Below are positions 1-11,699 of a stretch of DNA of 64,000 nucleotides, piece after piece. How positions within the stretch are numbered: the first letter of the stretch is position 1; each line of letters opens with the position of its first letter. The DNA is from Octopus vulgaris (lineage: Eukaryota). The notes under the pieces are model-generated. The model ran no database searches, had not been told where the DNA came from, and was given only the letters and a program-made list of their open reading frames with translations. Both the position numbers and the translations under genes were made by a program. The stretch lies in contig OX597814.1 of assembly GCA_951406725.2 (NCBI GenBank), forward strand, positions 179,118,001-179,182,000, read 5' to 3'.

Positions 1-31
1 ATTTTTTGCCAACAATTTACAGATGCAAGTG

Positions 32-414
32 GAAGCATTCCGTCGGTTACGACGACGAGGGTTCCGGTTTATCCGAATCAACGGAACAGCCTGCTCGTGA
101 AATTAACGTGTAAGTGGCTGAGCACTCCACAGACACGTGTACCCTTAACGTAGTTCTCGGAGATATTCAGCGTGACACAGAGAGTGACAAGGCCGGCCCT
201 TTGAAATACAGGTACAACAGAAACAGGAAGTAAGAGTGAGAGAAAGTTGTGGTGAAAGAGTACAGCAGGGATCACCACCATCCCCTGCCGGAGCCTCATG
301 GAGCTTTAGGTGTTTTCGCTCAAAAGACACTCACAACGCCCGGTCTGGGAATCGAAACCGCGATCCTATGACCGCGAGTCCGCTGCCCTAACCACTGGGC
401 CATTGCGCCTCCAT
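32..414 (-). mobile_element. tRNA-derived SINE, apparently full length (family C), with 11-bp target-site duplication
   Basis: Minus strand starts tggaggcgcaaTGGCCCAGTGGttagggcagcggactcgcggtcataggatcgcGGTTTCGATTCCcagacc (Pol III A and B boxes, TCG anticodon-like loop). AGATGCAAGTG flanks both ends (21-31 and 415-425). Confidence 0.85.
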
Positions 415-1108
415 AGATGCAAGTGCAACCAGTTTAAATCTCTACATACCAGATGCTACCAAATTTACTGAGTCATCAGGTGGGAATGCCAGTATCCGGT
501 ATGCGGAAATTATTAAGAATGTATTAATGGAAATTGTGGTAGCAGTAATTTATTTTCATTGTGGTTAAAAAATATTAACCAAGGCATTGAGTTATATGCA
601 TGAAGAGAAAAATATGCGAGTGAATATTTATTTATCTCATTTTTGAAATTTTAATAAGCTTATAATATGAATCTAGTACCACGAACAGCTAAGTTTTTTT
701 ATATGTATTTGTGCATCTATACTAGTAATACATAAAATTATATTTTAGTTCATATCTCTGTTTAGTTACATAATATGCGTGGAATAAAGAGGGAGATACG
801 AAACTATCGAAAACAAAAGAATTAATCAAACAGCACAAAATTAATGAGTTTTCGCCAAATTTTTATTTTGGCATTTGTCTAGTAGAAAATATTGAATATC
901 TTCAATTGATATTTTCGAATAATATTACATATAAATACGCAAATTCGATGATTTTAGGATGTTAAAACTTTCAGATCTTTGGCTGAATAATTGGGGTGAC
1001 AATCGAAACTATTCATGAGAAGAGACACAATATCACAGTTGACATGGATCTAAACAATATTACTTTTAGTCGACAGGGATCATTTTACTGCTTGTATATA
1101 CTGTATTT

Positions 1109-1404
1109 GTGGAGGCACATGGCCTAGTGGTTAGAGCAACGGACCCGCGGTCGAGGGATTGCGAGTTCGAATCTTAGACCGGGCGATGTGTGTGTTTATG
1201 AGCGAAACTCCTAAGCCCCACGCGGCTCTGGCAGAAAGAAATGGCGAACTTCTGCTGACTCTTTCGCCACACTTTCTCTCATTCTTTCCTCTTACAAGTC
1301 ATCTGCGAGGGATCGGCGTCCCGTCCTGGTGGGGATCCTATACGCCAATGAAACCTGGAACCCGGCCCTATTGACCCAGGCATCGCTCGAGAAGGAACAA
1401 ATAA
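1109..1404 (+). mobile_element. tRNA-derived SINE with head related to family C and a different 3' half
   Basis: tggaggcacaTGGCCTAGTGGttagagc...GAGTTCGAATCtt A/B boxes; 5' half similar to 32-414; ATATACTGTA flanks both sides (1096-1105 and 1405-1414). Confidence 0.8.
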
Positions 1405-2440
1405 ATATACTGTAATTATAATAAATCACTGGCAAATATTGTATTTATAATTTGGTTTTAGAATGACTATGACACTTCTTGAACTTCTTAACACTGGAAC
1501 CACTTTCTTAGCTTAATAATATCAAGTTTCTGTCTGCATTTTTATGAGGAAATTTTACTCATGAGGAGAGATGCCGAAATAGAAAACTAACGAGTGCGTA
1601 GATAAACAATATGTAATGTCTAGACGCATTATTTAAGGTAGATTTTACTCTAATTACTTTATTTACAAACTAACAGGAATGTATAGACGTATTGCTTTGT
1701 AAATGCTATAAGCATATTTCAAAGTAATTTACTCACATAATTTTGGCAATAAATACTTTGCAAAAGGACAATTTAGTAACCTGTTAGGTTATTTTTAATG
1801 ATGTGTGGTCTAGTTCAGCCTCGATATAGCAAATATATCTTCCGTAGAGTGTAAACCTCAAACTATATTTACCATCTAACCAGCATTCTATTTATAGAAA
1901 TCCTGGATAGTTTACCGCCTTTCTGTTTCATCGCTATGTTATACAGACACATTTAGTAATTCGCGATGTCTTTTTTGGAAAGATTTCATCATTGAAATTA
2001 TCTAACATGCTCTCAGTGACCATGACGCTTCTCATTTTAACCATATGTGAACAGACGGTTAATATCACTGAGAAAAACTATTTACAGAAGGCCACTTCTT
2101 CAGAATCCTCTTCGACATTCGGTCAAATATTTTCACGAATATAGTGAGATGAAGTCGTTCACATTAGGGATGTTATTTTGGATGTGAAACATAGATAATA
2201 CAATGACTTAATGTGTTAGCAGTATATGTACTGTAGATATGTTAGCTCTTCCTAGTAAAGATCAAGAAGAGGTACCACGTCATATAGCGTTTACAAAGCG
2301 GATGAATAACGATACCATTCACAACATTGTGGTTTTGAGTATGCTGTTCCAGTTGGTTGTTACACTATTTTAAAAGATCAGTTTGTTTTTGAAAGACGTT
2401 ATGCATGTGTATGCATGTATACGCTTATGCATGTATGTAT

Positions 2441-2661
2441 ACTCTTTTACTCTTTTAATTGTTTCAGTCATGTGACTGTGGCCATGCTGGAGCACCGCCT
2501 TTAGTCTAGCAAATCGACCCCAGGACTTATTCTTTGTAAGCCTAGTACTTATTCTATCGGTCTGTTTTGCCGAACCGCTAAGTTACGGGGACGTAAACAC
2601 ACCAGGATCGGTTGTCAAGCGACGTTGGGGGGACAAACACAGACACACAAACATACACACA

Positions 2662-2751
<90 letters not shown>

Positions 2752-2908
2752 TACATATATACGGCGGGTGTCTTTCAGTTTCCGTCTACCAAATCCACCC
2801 AGAAGGATATAGTAGAAGACACTTGCCCATGGTGGCACGCAGTGGGACTGAACCCGGATCCATGTGGTTGGTAAGCAAGCTACTTACCACACAGCCACTC
2901 CTATGCCT
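2441..2908 (-). mobile_element. SINE family A (tRNA-like head, internal CA/TA microsatellite)
   Basis: Reverse complement of the copy at 24229-24620: head aggcataggagtggctgtgtggtaagtagc...gggttcagtccc, tail gtaaaagagt. Confidence 0.85.
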
Positions 2909-4149
2909 AATGTATATACTAATGCATTCATACACACATACATGGATAGGGGTTTCGTACGTGTGTATGTGTGTGTGCGCGCGCATGTGTGTGTTTCTGA
3001 GTGCATGCGTGTGTATGTGAGAAAGGGTGTGAAAGTGTATGATGAGTTTGCGAAAGCTGGAATGGAATTTACATACGTTTCAGAAACATGCATGTGCGTC
3101 TGTGAAAGCGTGCATGTAAATGTGAGAATTGAAGGGATTACGTGCATACAATTAATTAAGCGTTTAAAAAATACTACTACCTCGCAATAAGAAAAGCATT
3201 TCAATTGATAGTCCGTTGTACATATTTATTATGTTGCTCTTATTCTCATTATAAATTTAGTATTTCATATAAAGTGGTTTTCGTTTCCAAATAAATAAAC
3301 AGAATAACTAGCATGTGTCATACGTCACACACACACACACATGCACAGGAACACACATACGCTCACACACATACAGACACACACTCACACTCGTGTATAG
3401 CTATGAGTATTTGTTTGTGTTTAATAAGGAGCCCGTGTATTGTTTTCTATAATAACCTGTTCGTCCTAATGGTAACAGCGCGTACATTTTCCTAATTATC
3501 AGAATATTTCTGACGTCACTTTAAATCGAAATGATCCACAAGTATATCCGCGTTGTTATTCAGATTTAATTCCCAAGAAGACTGCTAATTACAGCTGCTC
3601 TGTTTAGAGAAACGAACGAATTCAAGAGTTCTGCTAATTACAGCTGTCAGGAGAACCACAATATAAAATGTTTAACCAAATAAAAAACAAAATATATATA
3701 TAAGCGTGTGTATATGCGTGTGAGAGGAAGACACACAGATTGACTGACTGACTGACAGATAGACAGGGTTTGTGCATAGAGGAAGATTGTGACGTAGGCA
3801 AGACATCCATGGTGCCTAACAGCAATATGAGGCATTCAACGAGTACAACTGAATCGAACGAAGAGGCACATAAAGAGATTGTGACAGAAGGAATGAAGGA
3901 ATTATTCTGAAATAAATCAGTTTTATATGCTGAACTAATAATATATTTTATATCATTTACATAAGACTTATTGAGATAAAAAGTCAGAGAGAAATTTTAG
4001 TGCAAAAATCATAATTTTGACATGTCTTTGGAACCGTCAAAAGCTTCTTTATTTTTATGTCTTTATTATTTGTTATTAGTGTTACTTAATATCTTTTGCT
4101 AAAATTGCTTTTCAGATATCATCAGAAAAAGGTATTTAATTTTATTAAA

Positions 4150-5031
4150 ATGACAGATCTATCGAACTTTCAAAGAAGTCAAATTGATTGCGCTCGTATG
4201 GCAGGCGTTAGCGTAACGAAAACAGCCGAAATGTGATGACAACCTTTGAGAAAAATGGAAAAACCTCCTTGTGGAAACAAATCTCCGGAAGAAAACCAAA
4301 ACTTTCAGAAAGGGACCGTCGGATTCTTACACGAATTGTTAGGGCGGATCAGAAAAGTACAGCTCCCAAAATTACTGCAGAGCTTAATGACCACCTCGAG
4401 AAACCAGTTTACACACAAGATCTGTTCGCCGGGAGCTGCATAAAGCCGGATTTCACGGAAGGGCTGCAATCAGAAAAAAACACTATTTTCAAAAAAAAAC
4501 GTTGCAAAACGTTTAAAATGGAAGCACTGGAAGAATGTTATTTTCTCAGATGAGTCATCCTTTACCTTATTTCCGACTACTGGCCGAGCATATGTGTGGA
4601 GAATTTAAGCATTTCATCTGATCAAATTTATCCTATGGTTGGGGAAATGTTTCCCGAGGGAAACGCAATCTGTCAGGATGATAAGACTCCAATTAACACA
4701 GCTAAAGTTGTTCCCGAATGGCACGAGGAACATTCTAGTGAAGTTGAACATCTTATCTGGCCACCACAGTCTCCAGATCTCATCACTGAACATTTATGGT
4801 GAATTTCAGAAAAAACATGTAAGGAGTCGGTATCCTTCACCACTATCACAAGAACCAGAGATTGTTTTAGCTGAAGAACGGACAAAAATTCCTTTGAAAA
4901 CAATTCAAACTTTGTACGAGTCCATACCTCGTAGAATTCAAGCTGTAATTACTGCCATAGGCGGGCCTACCCCGTATTAAAATAAATTTGTTTGAAATTT
5001 TAAGGCGATTCCATTATTTTGTCCAACCCTT
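4150..5031 (+). pseudogene. Decayed Tc1-family transposase plus right terminal region
   Basis: Frameshifted pieces: MTDLSNFQRSQI..ARMAGVSVTKTAEM; GRKPKLSERDRRIL (HTH); FSDES; QDD..PI; WPPQSPDL; ESIPRRIQAVITAIGGPTPY*. TIR-like end ccattattttgtccaaccc at about 5011-5029. Left TIR not seen. Confidence 0.9.
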
Positions 5032-5084
5032 CTATCCCTCTCTTTCTCTCTCTCTCTGTATATATATATATATATATATACATG

Positions 5085-5197
5085 TAATTTTTTTTGGAAT
5101 GAGATAAAAAAACCAAGGTTGTGAAGATTATATTTATAAATGTTCTAAAATCTTCACAGCCTTGGTTTTTTTAACTCATTCTGAAAAAACAAAATTA
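5085..5197. repeat. Imperfect inverted repeat, ~45-bp arms and ~20-bp spacer
   Basis: gaatgagataaaaaaaccaaggttgtgaagatt pairs with aatcttcacagccttggtttttttaactcattc. Confidence 0.85.
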
Positions 5198-5296
5198 TAT
5201 ATACACATGCTGATATACGACCTACGTCGGACACCTTATTCGCATAATGACCGAACCTGGAACTTAACTATGGTCTATCCATAGCACTTACTCAGC

Positions 5297-5382
<86 letters not shown>

Positions 5383-5385
<3 letters not shown>

Positions 5386-5964
5386 CATAATCAAAAAGGG
5401 TAATAACATAGATTATTATAACCAGTGGCCTAGCACAAAAGACGAATTAGTCATTAGACAAAATATTATACATATAGAAAAATATTATTCATATAGAAAT
5501 ATAATAAAGGGCTCCCAAGTAAGGAGGCCTAGTGCTAGAGACACAAAAAGGGATAAATTCATCGAGAGTGAAAATCAAAAACAGTTAGCATTAACGATAT
5601 ATCCCGGAATGATCAGTTTCTACCTCTTTCTAGCAAAACAGACAGAATATGTTTGCCAAGGCAAGGTTCGTCAGCGGGACGCCTTTGCTAATTCTAGATG
5701 CACAGAGCGTTAGACCATGTGTCGATCTAACAATTTGTAAATCTTAACTTTTCAAACCTCTGCGCAGACACAAAATATACCCGGCGACATAGGGCATGCC
5801 GGTAAAAAGTTTTACGAACAAATTTATCAAGTAGTATGTGAGCATAATCAAAAAGGGTAATAACATAGATTATTATTACCAGTGGCCTAGCACAAAAGAC
5901 GAATTAATCATTAGACAAAATATTATTCATATAGAAAAATATTATTCATATAGAAATATAATAA
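5383..5964 (-). mobile_element. Non-coding element with ~125-bp terminal direct repeats (457-bp period) containing a hammerhead ribozyme; retrozyme or Penelope pLTR-like
   Basis: 5383-5507 is repeated at 5840-5964 with few mismatches; HHR motif on the minus strand at 5601-5680. Confidence 0.7.
5601..5680 (-). ncRNA. Type I hammerhead ribozyme, near intact
   Basis: Minus strand: GUCCCG-CUGACGA-[accu...uuggcaaac..guuuugcuag...aggu a]-GAAA-cugaucau-UC-CGGGAU. Stem I is 6 bp, core nucleotides are conserved, stem III is palindromic (ugauca) with one C/U mismatch. Confidence 0.8.
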
Positions 5965-5969
5965 TATAT

Positions 5970-6125
5970 TTCAAGAGAAATATATGTATCAATGTTTAGG
6001 CGTAGATCGCATTTTCAAAATATTTTATATATATATATATATAAAATATATTTTATATATATATATATAAAATATTTTGAAAATGCGACCTACGCCTAAA
6101 CATTGATACATATATTTCTCTTGAA
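5970..6125. repeat. Near-perfect ~155-bp palindrome with nested (TA)n palindromic centre
   Basis: ttcaagagaaatatatgtatcaatgtttaggcgtagatcgcattttcaaaatatttt pairs with aaaatattttgaaaatgcgacctacgcctaaacattgatacatatatttctcttgaa (one mismatch). Confidence 0.95.
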
Positions 6126-7989
6126 GGGTAGCTATACACGAATATACATATATAAATACCGCTTTAGACAGAGGGATAAATATCTGAGTGAGAAACTATT
6201 GTTATTGCGATTTAATATGTACATATTTAACCCTCTGAATATATTTTTTATTCACTTAAAGTTTCTTACTGTAGATAGTTTCTCTTAATATTTCTTCCGA
6301 GCCGTTAATTATATGAGTAAATTTAAAAGCAACTCAATAACTAGGTTAGTGTGAATCTATTAGTCATTCCCTTTTTACATATTATTACTCTGACTTACAT
6401 TTATAGAAGCAATCATCAGTTAAAAATTGTTCATTATAACTCGGATAGAGAATCATACGGTGCGATTTGCATATCGCTTCAGTTGGTTTTTTATTGGATA
6501 ATCTATTGCCAAATCAGAGATCTATATCAACTTGTTTTAATTCTGTTTGGGTGCTTCATTCTAAATAATGAATTAATTTTACTCTGATGATGAGAGTTAG
6601 AAATGCACTCTTGCTTTCCAGTCTGGGTTAATGTCTTTTATTTCATATGTGGAATATATCCTTTCTACAGAGATTTTCGAAAAGATTGTGTAGATGTTTT
6701 TGCTTAAGGCTAAAATGAACAAAGTCATTTTAAAATAAATGTATTTTCCTTGAACCGAATTAATGTGCCAGTCAATTATTTTTGTCCTTTTTACTTGTGA
6801 ATTTAATCGTGTATTTGATATTTCAATATTTCGTAATTACACTCAATTTCTTGAGAAGACAGACTAGCAAGTATTTGTTCTTCACAAAGATTGACGTGAG
6901 AGCGAGAGACTCCAGAGCTATGACATAGAGGAACTGGTGCGACTTGGACATTTCAGTCAGCACGCAATTGTCGTTACGAGTACTAATGAGATATATCATT
7001 ACAAGCATTGCAGAGATATGTTCTTATTTCACTAACATCATCGCAGAGTCGTCATATTACATATATGTCTGTGGTCTTAATACAAGCATTACAAACTGAG
7101 TAGCCTCATTAAGAACAAAACCCATCTGTGTCATTACAGACAACTTTGAAATATTTTATTGTCAGGGAAACCGAGTATTACAATCAAAATGTTGTATTGT
7201 GTATTACAATCAACACTCACCTGCTTCGTTAAATACATCGCTTACTATTACCAAGCTGTGTCTATACAAATGCCTCTTCTTTGATACAATGCATCGAATA
7301 TTAAGATGCTATTCGTTATTACAACCATTAGATGCCCCTATACGAAATACTATCTCCTATCGGATATCACAGAGACGTTTGACTCCCACGATGTTTTTAC
7401 ATTAAGGATGATCCATAAGGGGCTATTTTAATATGCTACGTCATTGTGTGTATAATGCATTTTTACTTAGCTGAACCTTTTTACACAACGGCGGCCACAG
7501 TTTTTTGCTGAATGCAAACGTGGTGATGGATTTTATCTCTGCATGTTGGTAGTACACGTTAATGATAATACTTCAGGTGACAGTCATGTATCTAAAAATT
7601 CAATCTACTTATAGATATTTTAATGCATAGCTACGCGCGTTTCCACAACTCCCATGTTTCTTACGATCATATTCCTGGGATGATAACAGTGCATTCCCAC
7701 CTCCCTCTGAGATACACAAAATATTTGTACCTCTCTCTGAGATACACATATTTTAATTTCATGCAATGTGCGTCCATAGGAGATACTATTTCCGAACGAA
7801 CACCACCTTAATTATAGCCTACCACAATCTAAGCACATGTTAGTCCAATATTGATGCTCTTACGTATAATTGAAACGTATTAAAACATCTTTCTCTCTCG
7901 AATTTATTTATGAAACACGATTTCTTATTAAAATGAAGGACACTCAATACGTTACAGTACAGTTCATATTTCATAATTTTACAAGGAAA

Positions 7990-8520
7990 AATTATCGGGC
8001 ACAACGAAGTTTTGATTTCTTCGCCTTCATCAGAGAGTCCTTTATTCGGGTTTATATAGTCTTTTGGCCAAGTTGTCTTTTTATAAGCGGAGCAATGTAA
8101 CTGGTATTTAGGTGGAGCTTCTGTTTACTGAGGACGGAGTTGTGTAGAGAGTGTGTGTGGAAGTTATTTGAAAAGTATGTGCTTGTCGGATGTAGGGTGA
8201 AAGACAGTTATGATTAGGGGATATATTTTCGTCTGATGTATAAAATTAGACATTCATTACGCTTCAGTCACTTTTGGAGTCAAAGATGGAAATAATGTAA
8301 ATAAATGTGTCAAAACTAGCTCATGATACTATGTGGGTGAAAAGTTGCCTTGTATTTGAAGGTTGAAAAACGAATGTTTCTACATAAGTCAGATGCTCAC
8401 AGACAACAGGTGACAATGAGATTAAATGGGTGTAGAGTCCTAAATTTTCTATGAATTTTGAACTGGGTTCATGTGGTACGTGAGAATTCAAAAGGCTACC
8501 ACACTATCAATAATTATTAG
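7990..8520 (-). mobile_element. Possible old Penelope-like 3' remnant with eroded hammerhead
   Basis: Minus strand CUGAUGA-aggcgaag..cuucg..gcc-cgauaa at 7990-8040 (GAAA eroded). Upstream sequence only weakly suggests a decayed GIY-YIG C-terminus. Confidence 0.3.
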
Positions 8521-8794
8521 GTTTTCCGACTGTTGATAGCGTTGTATTTATATTTACACATTGCTATAGACAATACTATAATGTTAATATATTACTTTGA
8601 CAGTAAGAAACAATGGAAGACACTTTGACATTTCTAGCCTACGCACTTCTACAGAAAGTAATTAGGAAAGAAAAATATGCAGTAAAGTAAAGTAGAGAAT
8701 GTGAACAAGTTGTGACTAGAACACAATGGGATAACGTATAATTCATTCTAAGTATATGTGTACATGTCTATGTGTTTATACATATGCGTGTGAG

Positions 8795-8856
<62 letters not shown>

Positions 8857-8965
8857 GTTTCTTTTTCAATTTATTCTTTTCTTTTATTTGTTCCAGTTAT
8901 TTGACTGCGACGATGCTAGAGCACCACCTTTAGTGGAACAAATCGAGTTCGATTCCTAGCAGTGA

Positions 8966-9018
<53 letters not shown>

Positions 9019-9021
<3 letters not shown>

Positions 9022-9550
9022 TGTTATCATGTACATTGTTTTGTATATGTTATCATGTACATTGTTTTGTCTTGGTATAAAAGATGGGCTACAGCAAATA
9101 TTCTGCTCAATACCACAGGTCAGTTGTTTGACCTTAACCAGTTGACCATGTCCCTTAGTGGCTGACGATATATGCATCTCTGATCACGAGCAGAAGTAGT
9201 GGGGGAGCATCATAGCCATGTGTTGAGAGGGATTCTTTGGGGTTTGAATAATTCACCTCTGGAAAAAAAGTTTTTCGTTCAACATCCTTAAACAACCCTT
9301 ATTCAGGGACCTTTTGAGCGGGATGGGTTACTCGACCAGAAGAAAATTCTAACTGGGCCCCACCTGCAAGGTCATGTGCTGTTTATCTTGATATGAGATC
9401 ACCATGTCTCGCACATATGGTTGTGATGCATGTGCCTGGTGTACCCTTATCAGACGGGTAGTCATGATGGGTATACTGGGCTTCGTATATTTTACCCCAG
9501 TGTCACTTTGATGGCACACAATGTTCTCTCACTCAATAATAATAATAATA
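9019..9550 (+). mobile_element. Unclassified (AAT)n-tailed retroposon fragment inserted into an (AAT)n tract; duplicate at about 12177-12707
   Basis: Highly similar reverse-complement copy at 33180-33675; ends ctctcactc-aataataat and is flanked by AAT repeats. Confidence 0.75.
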
Positions 9551-9600
9551 AGATCGAAAAATACATTAGGAATGAGAACCCAGGTTCGAAATATCCCCAA

Positions 9601-9646
9601 GACACCTGACGAAGGCTGAAGGGTATATCAGCAGAAACGTCGTGTT
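9601..9646 (+). ncRNA. Minimal type I hammerhead ribozyme
   Basis: GACAC-CUGACGA-a-GGCUG(aaggguauau)CAGCa-GAAA-CG-UC-GUGUU: stem I, core, stem II, palindromic ACGU stem III and GUC cleavage triplet. Confidence 0.75.
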
Positions 9647-10057
9647 AACAAGAAACGAGATGAGAACAAATATCTGTCAAATGTAAATAATGAAAATAAT
9701 GTTAGACTTTTTCAGCCAAGTACTTATTCAATTGATCCGTTTTGCCGAACCGCCAGATTACGGGGACGTAAACACGCCAGCATCGGTTGTGAAGCAAGGT
9801 GGGAGGTCAAACACAGATACACACACAAACACAAACAACACACACTCACACACACACATACACTCACACACACACACATATATACATATATATATATACG
9901 ACAGGCTTCTTTCAGTTTCCGTCAAGCAAATTCACTTACAATGCTTGGTCGGTCCGAGGCCACGGTAGAAGACATTTGCCTAAGGTAGCACGCAGTGGGA
10001 CTGAACCCGGAAGTATGTAGTTGGTAAGCAAGCTACTTACCACACAGCCACTCTGCG

Positions 10058-10097
<40 letters not shown>

Positions 10098-10125
10098 CAT
10101 ACATACATACATATGTGGGGGTGCG

Positions 10126-10156
<31 letters not shown>

Positions 10157-10788
10157 GTGGGGGTGGTGTGTGTGTGTGAGTGTAGCTAAATAGTTGACCT
10201 CCCTTGCAAGAAAGATTATAGATTACTAAGTTTTTCGAAGCATCTGTATCATGAGACGTGATGCTTAATTATTCAAGACGTTTAGCGTTTCTCTTGGAAA
10301 TTTGTAGAATGTCTAGCCTTCCGTTAATAAAAGCAGCTTGCTAATCTTGTTCTTCGGTTCTTATTCGACAAGAATTAGAGCCATTGACGTCATTGCTATG
10401 TCCGTCTATTTCTCTACGACACATGAGTTAAAACCATCACTTAGCTGTTATTGCTATATTTCCTATCTTTGAACTTTCTTGCATAGATTACTTTATTCAA
10501 CTAGATTCTGCATTTTGATCCTATGTATCATCAACGACCAATAAATAAAATATATTTTTATGTAGTAAATATATGTCTTGAATATATCCTTTATATCTTT
10601 ATGAACTATTGTAATAAAATACACACAGCCACATCAACACATTGTACCGACTATATATTCGACTACACAGACACACACACACATATATATATACATATGT
10701 GTGTGTGTATGCACGTATGTATGTATGAATTTACATGATAATAAGCCATGGATTGAATTTATATATATCTTTAAGCAGTGCTAAGCCG

Positions 10789-10943
10789 GTTTCTACATCT
10801 AACATGTTTCTTATGATCAAAGTCCAAGGATGAGAACAGTAGAGTCTATAGTATCCATGGACACAGCTGGATACTACTGACTGTAGCGTTATCATCTGAG
10901 AAATACGGACTATGATCGTAAGAAATATGAGACTTGTGGAAAC
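10789..10943. repeat. Long imperfect hairpin (~155 nt); duplicate at about 13943-14097
   Basis: Nested arms: catgtttcttatgatcaaagtcc/ggactatgatcgtaagaaatatg, gatgagaac/gttatcatc, tagtatcca/tggatacta. Confidence 0.7.
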
Positions 10944-11003
10944 GCGCGTTTCTATGCATTAAAATATTTATAAATTCTGTCCATGAGTGATTATTATTAT
11001 TAT

Positions 11004-11035
<32 letters not shown>

Positions 11036-11038
<3 letters not shown>

Positions 11039-11519
11039 ATTTCGGGATGGTCATCTTTTGTTTGTTTTTTGCCGAAGTAATAAACACACGGACTATATAA
11101 TCGTTCCTCACACGTTTAACACCGTTCTTATTTTAACTTATGTCCATTCTTAGGAAATCTTTCATCAAACATCTTTGACCTCTTCCGCAACATTGTCCGT
11201 CCCCATGTGCGCGCACACACGCAAATACATACACAAACACATGCATATATAAGGACACAGATCATGAAATAACAGGATGTACTAAGCCGAGCAGGAGTAC
11301 AGACGTGGACGGGACGTGTCACTGAAGCGGTCACAGATGTGCGATGAAATAATTCCGGACAATGAACATTGGCAAAAATAAGATCAGTAATAAACGAGCG
11401 ATGAACAAATATATATTGCGTGTGTTTATTTATTTGGTAACAGATGACCATCCCAAAATACAGCAATATTTGTTTCAACACACGGTTTGACACCCACACC
11501 AAAAATCAAGCTGCACAAT

Positions 11520-11558
<39 letters not shown>

Positions 11559-11572
11559 ACAGATATACGTAT

Positions 11573-11606
<34 letters not shown>

Positions 11607-11643
11607 ATGTATGTATATATACACATATACATATGCGTATATG

Positions 11644-11699
<56 letters not shown>

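Larger units (their letters stand above)
8946..9692 (+). mobile_element. 5'-truncated tRNA-head/(AAT)n/hammerhead element; duplicate at about 12112-12850
   Basis: cGAGTTCGATTCCtagcagtgacctg-(aat)n...atcgaaaaatacattaggaatgagaacccaggttcgaaat..HHR..; homologous to both arms of 29405-29920. Confidence 0.8.
8855..10060 (-). mobile_element. SINE family A split by nested insertions (pieces 8855-8946 and about 9715-10060); duplicate at 12021-13217
   Basis: The two pieces are collinear with the family A copies at 2441-2908 and 24229-24620. Confidence 0.8.

Noticed and set aside
340-1185. tRNA-like sequences at 340-413 and 1109-1185 as true tRNA genes
   Set aside because: They continue into SINE bodies flanked by TSDs and lack a proper acceptor stem and terminator.
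5381-5713. 110-aa ORF in the direct-repeat element
   Set aside because: Its ATG comes from the (TA)n junction, it has no domain motifs, and it is antisense to the hammerhead.
6578-6615. CTGATGA...GAAA spacing resembling a hammerhead
   Set aside because: No UH site, no stem I and a weak stem II; likely chance.
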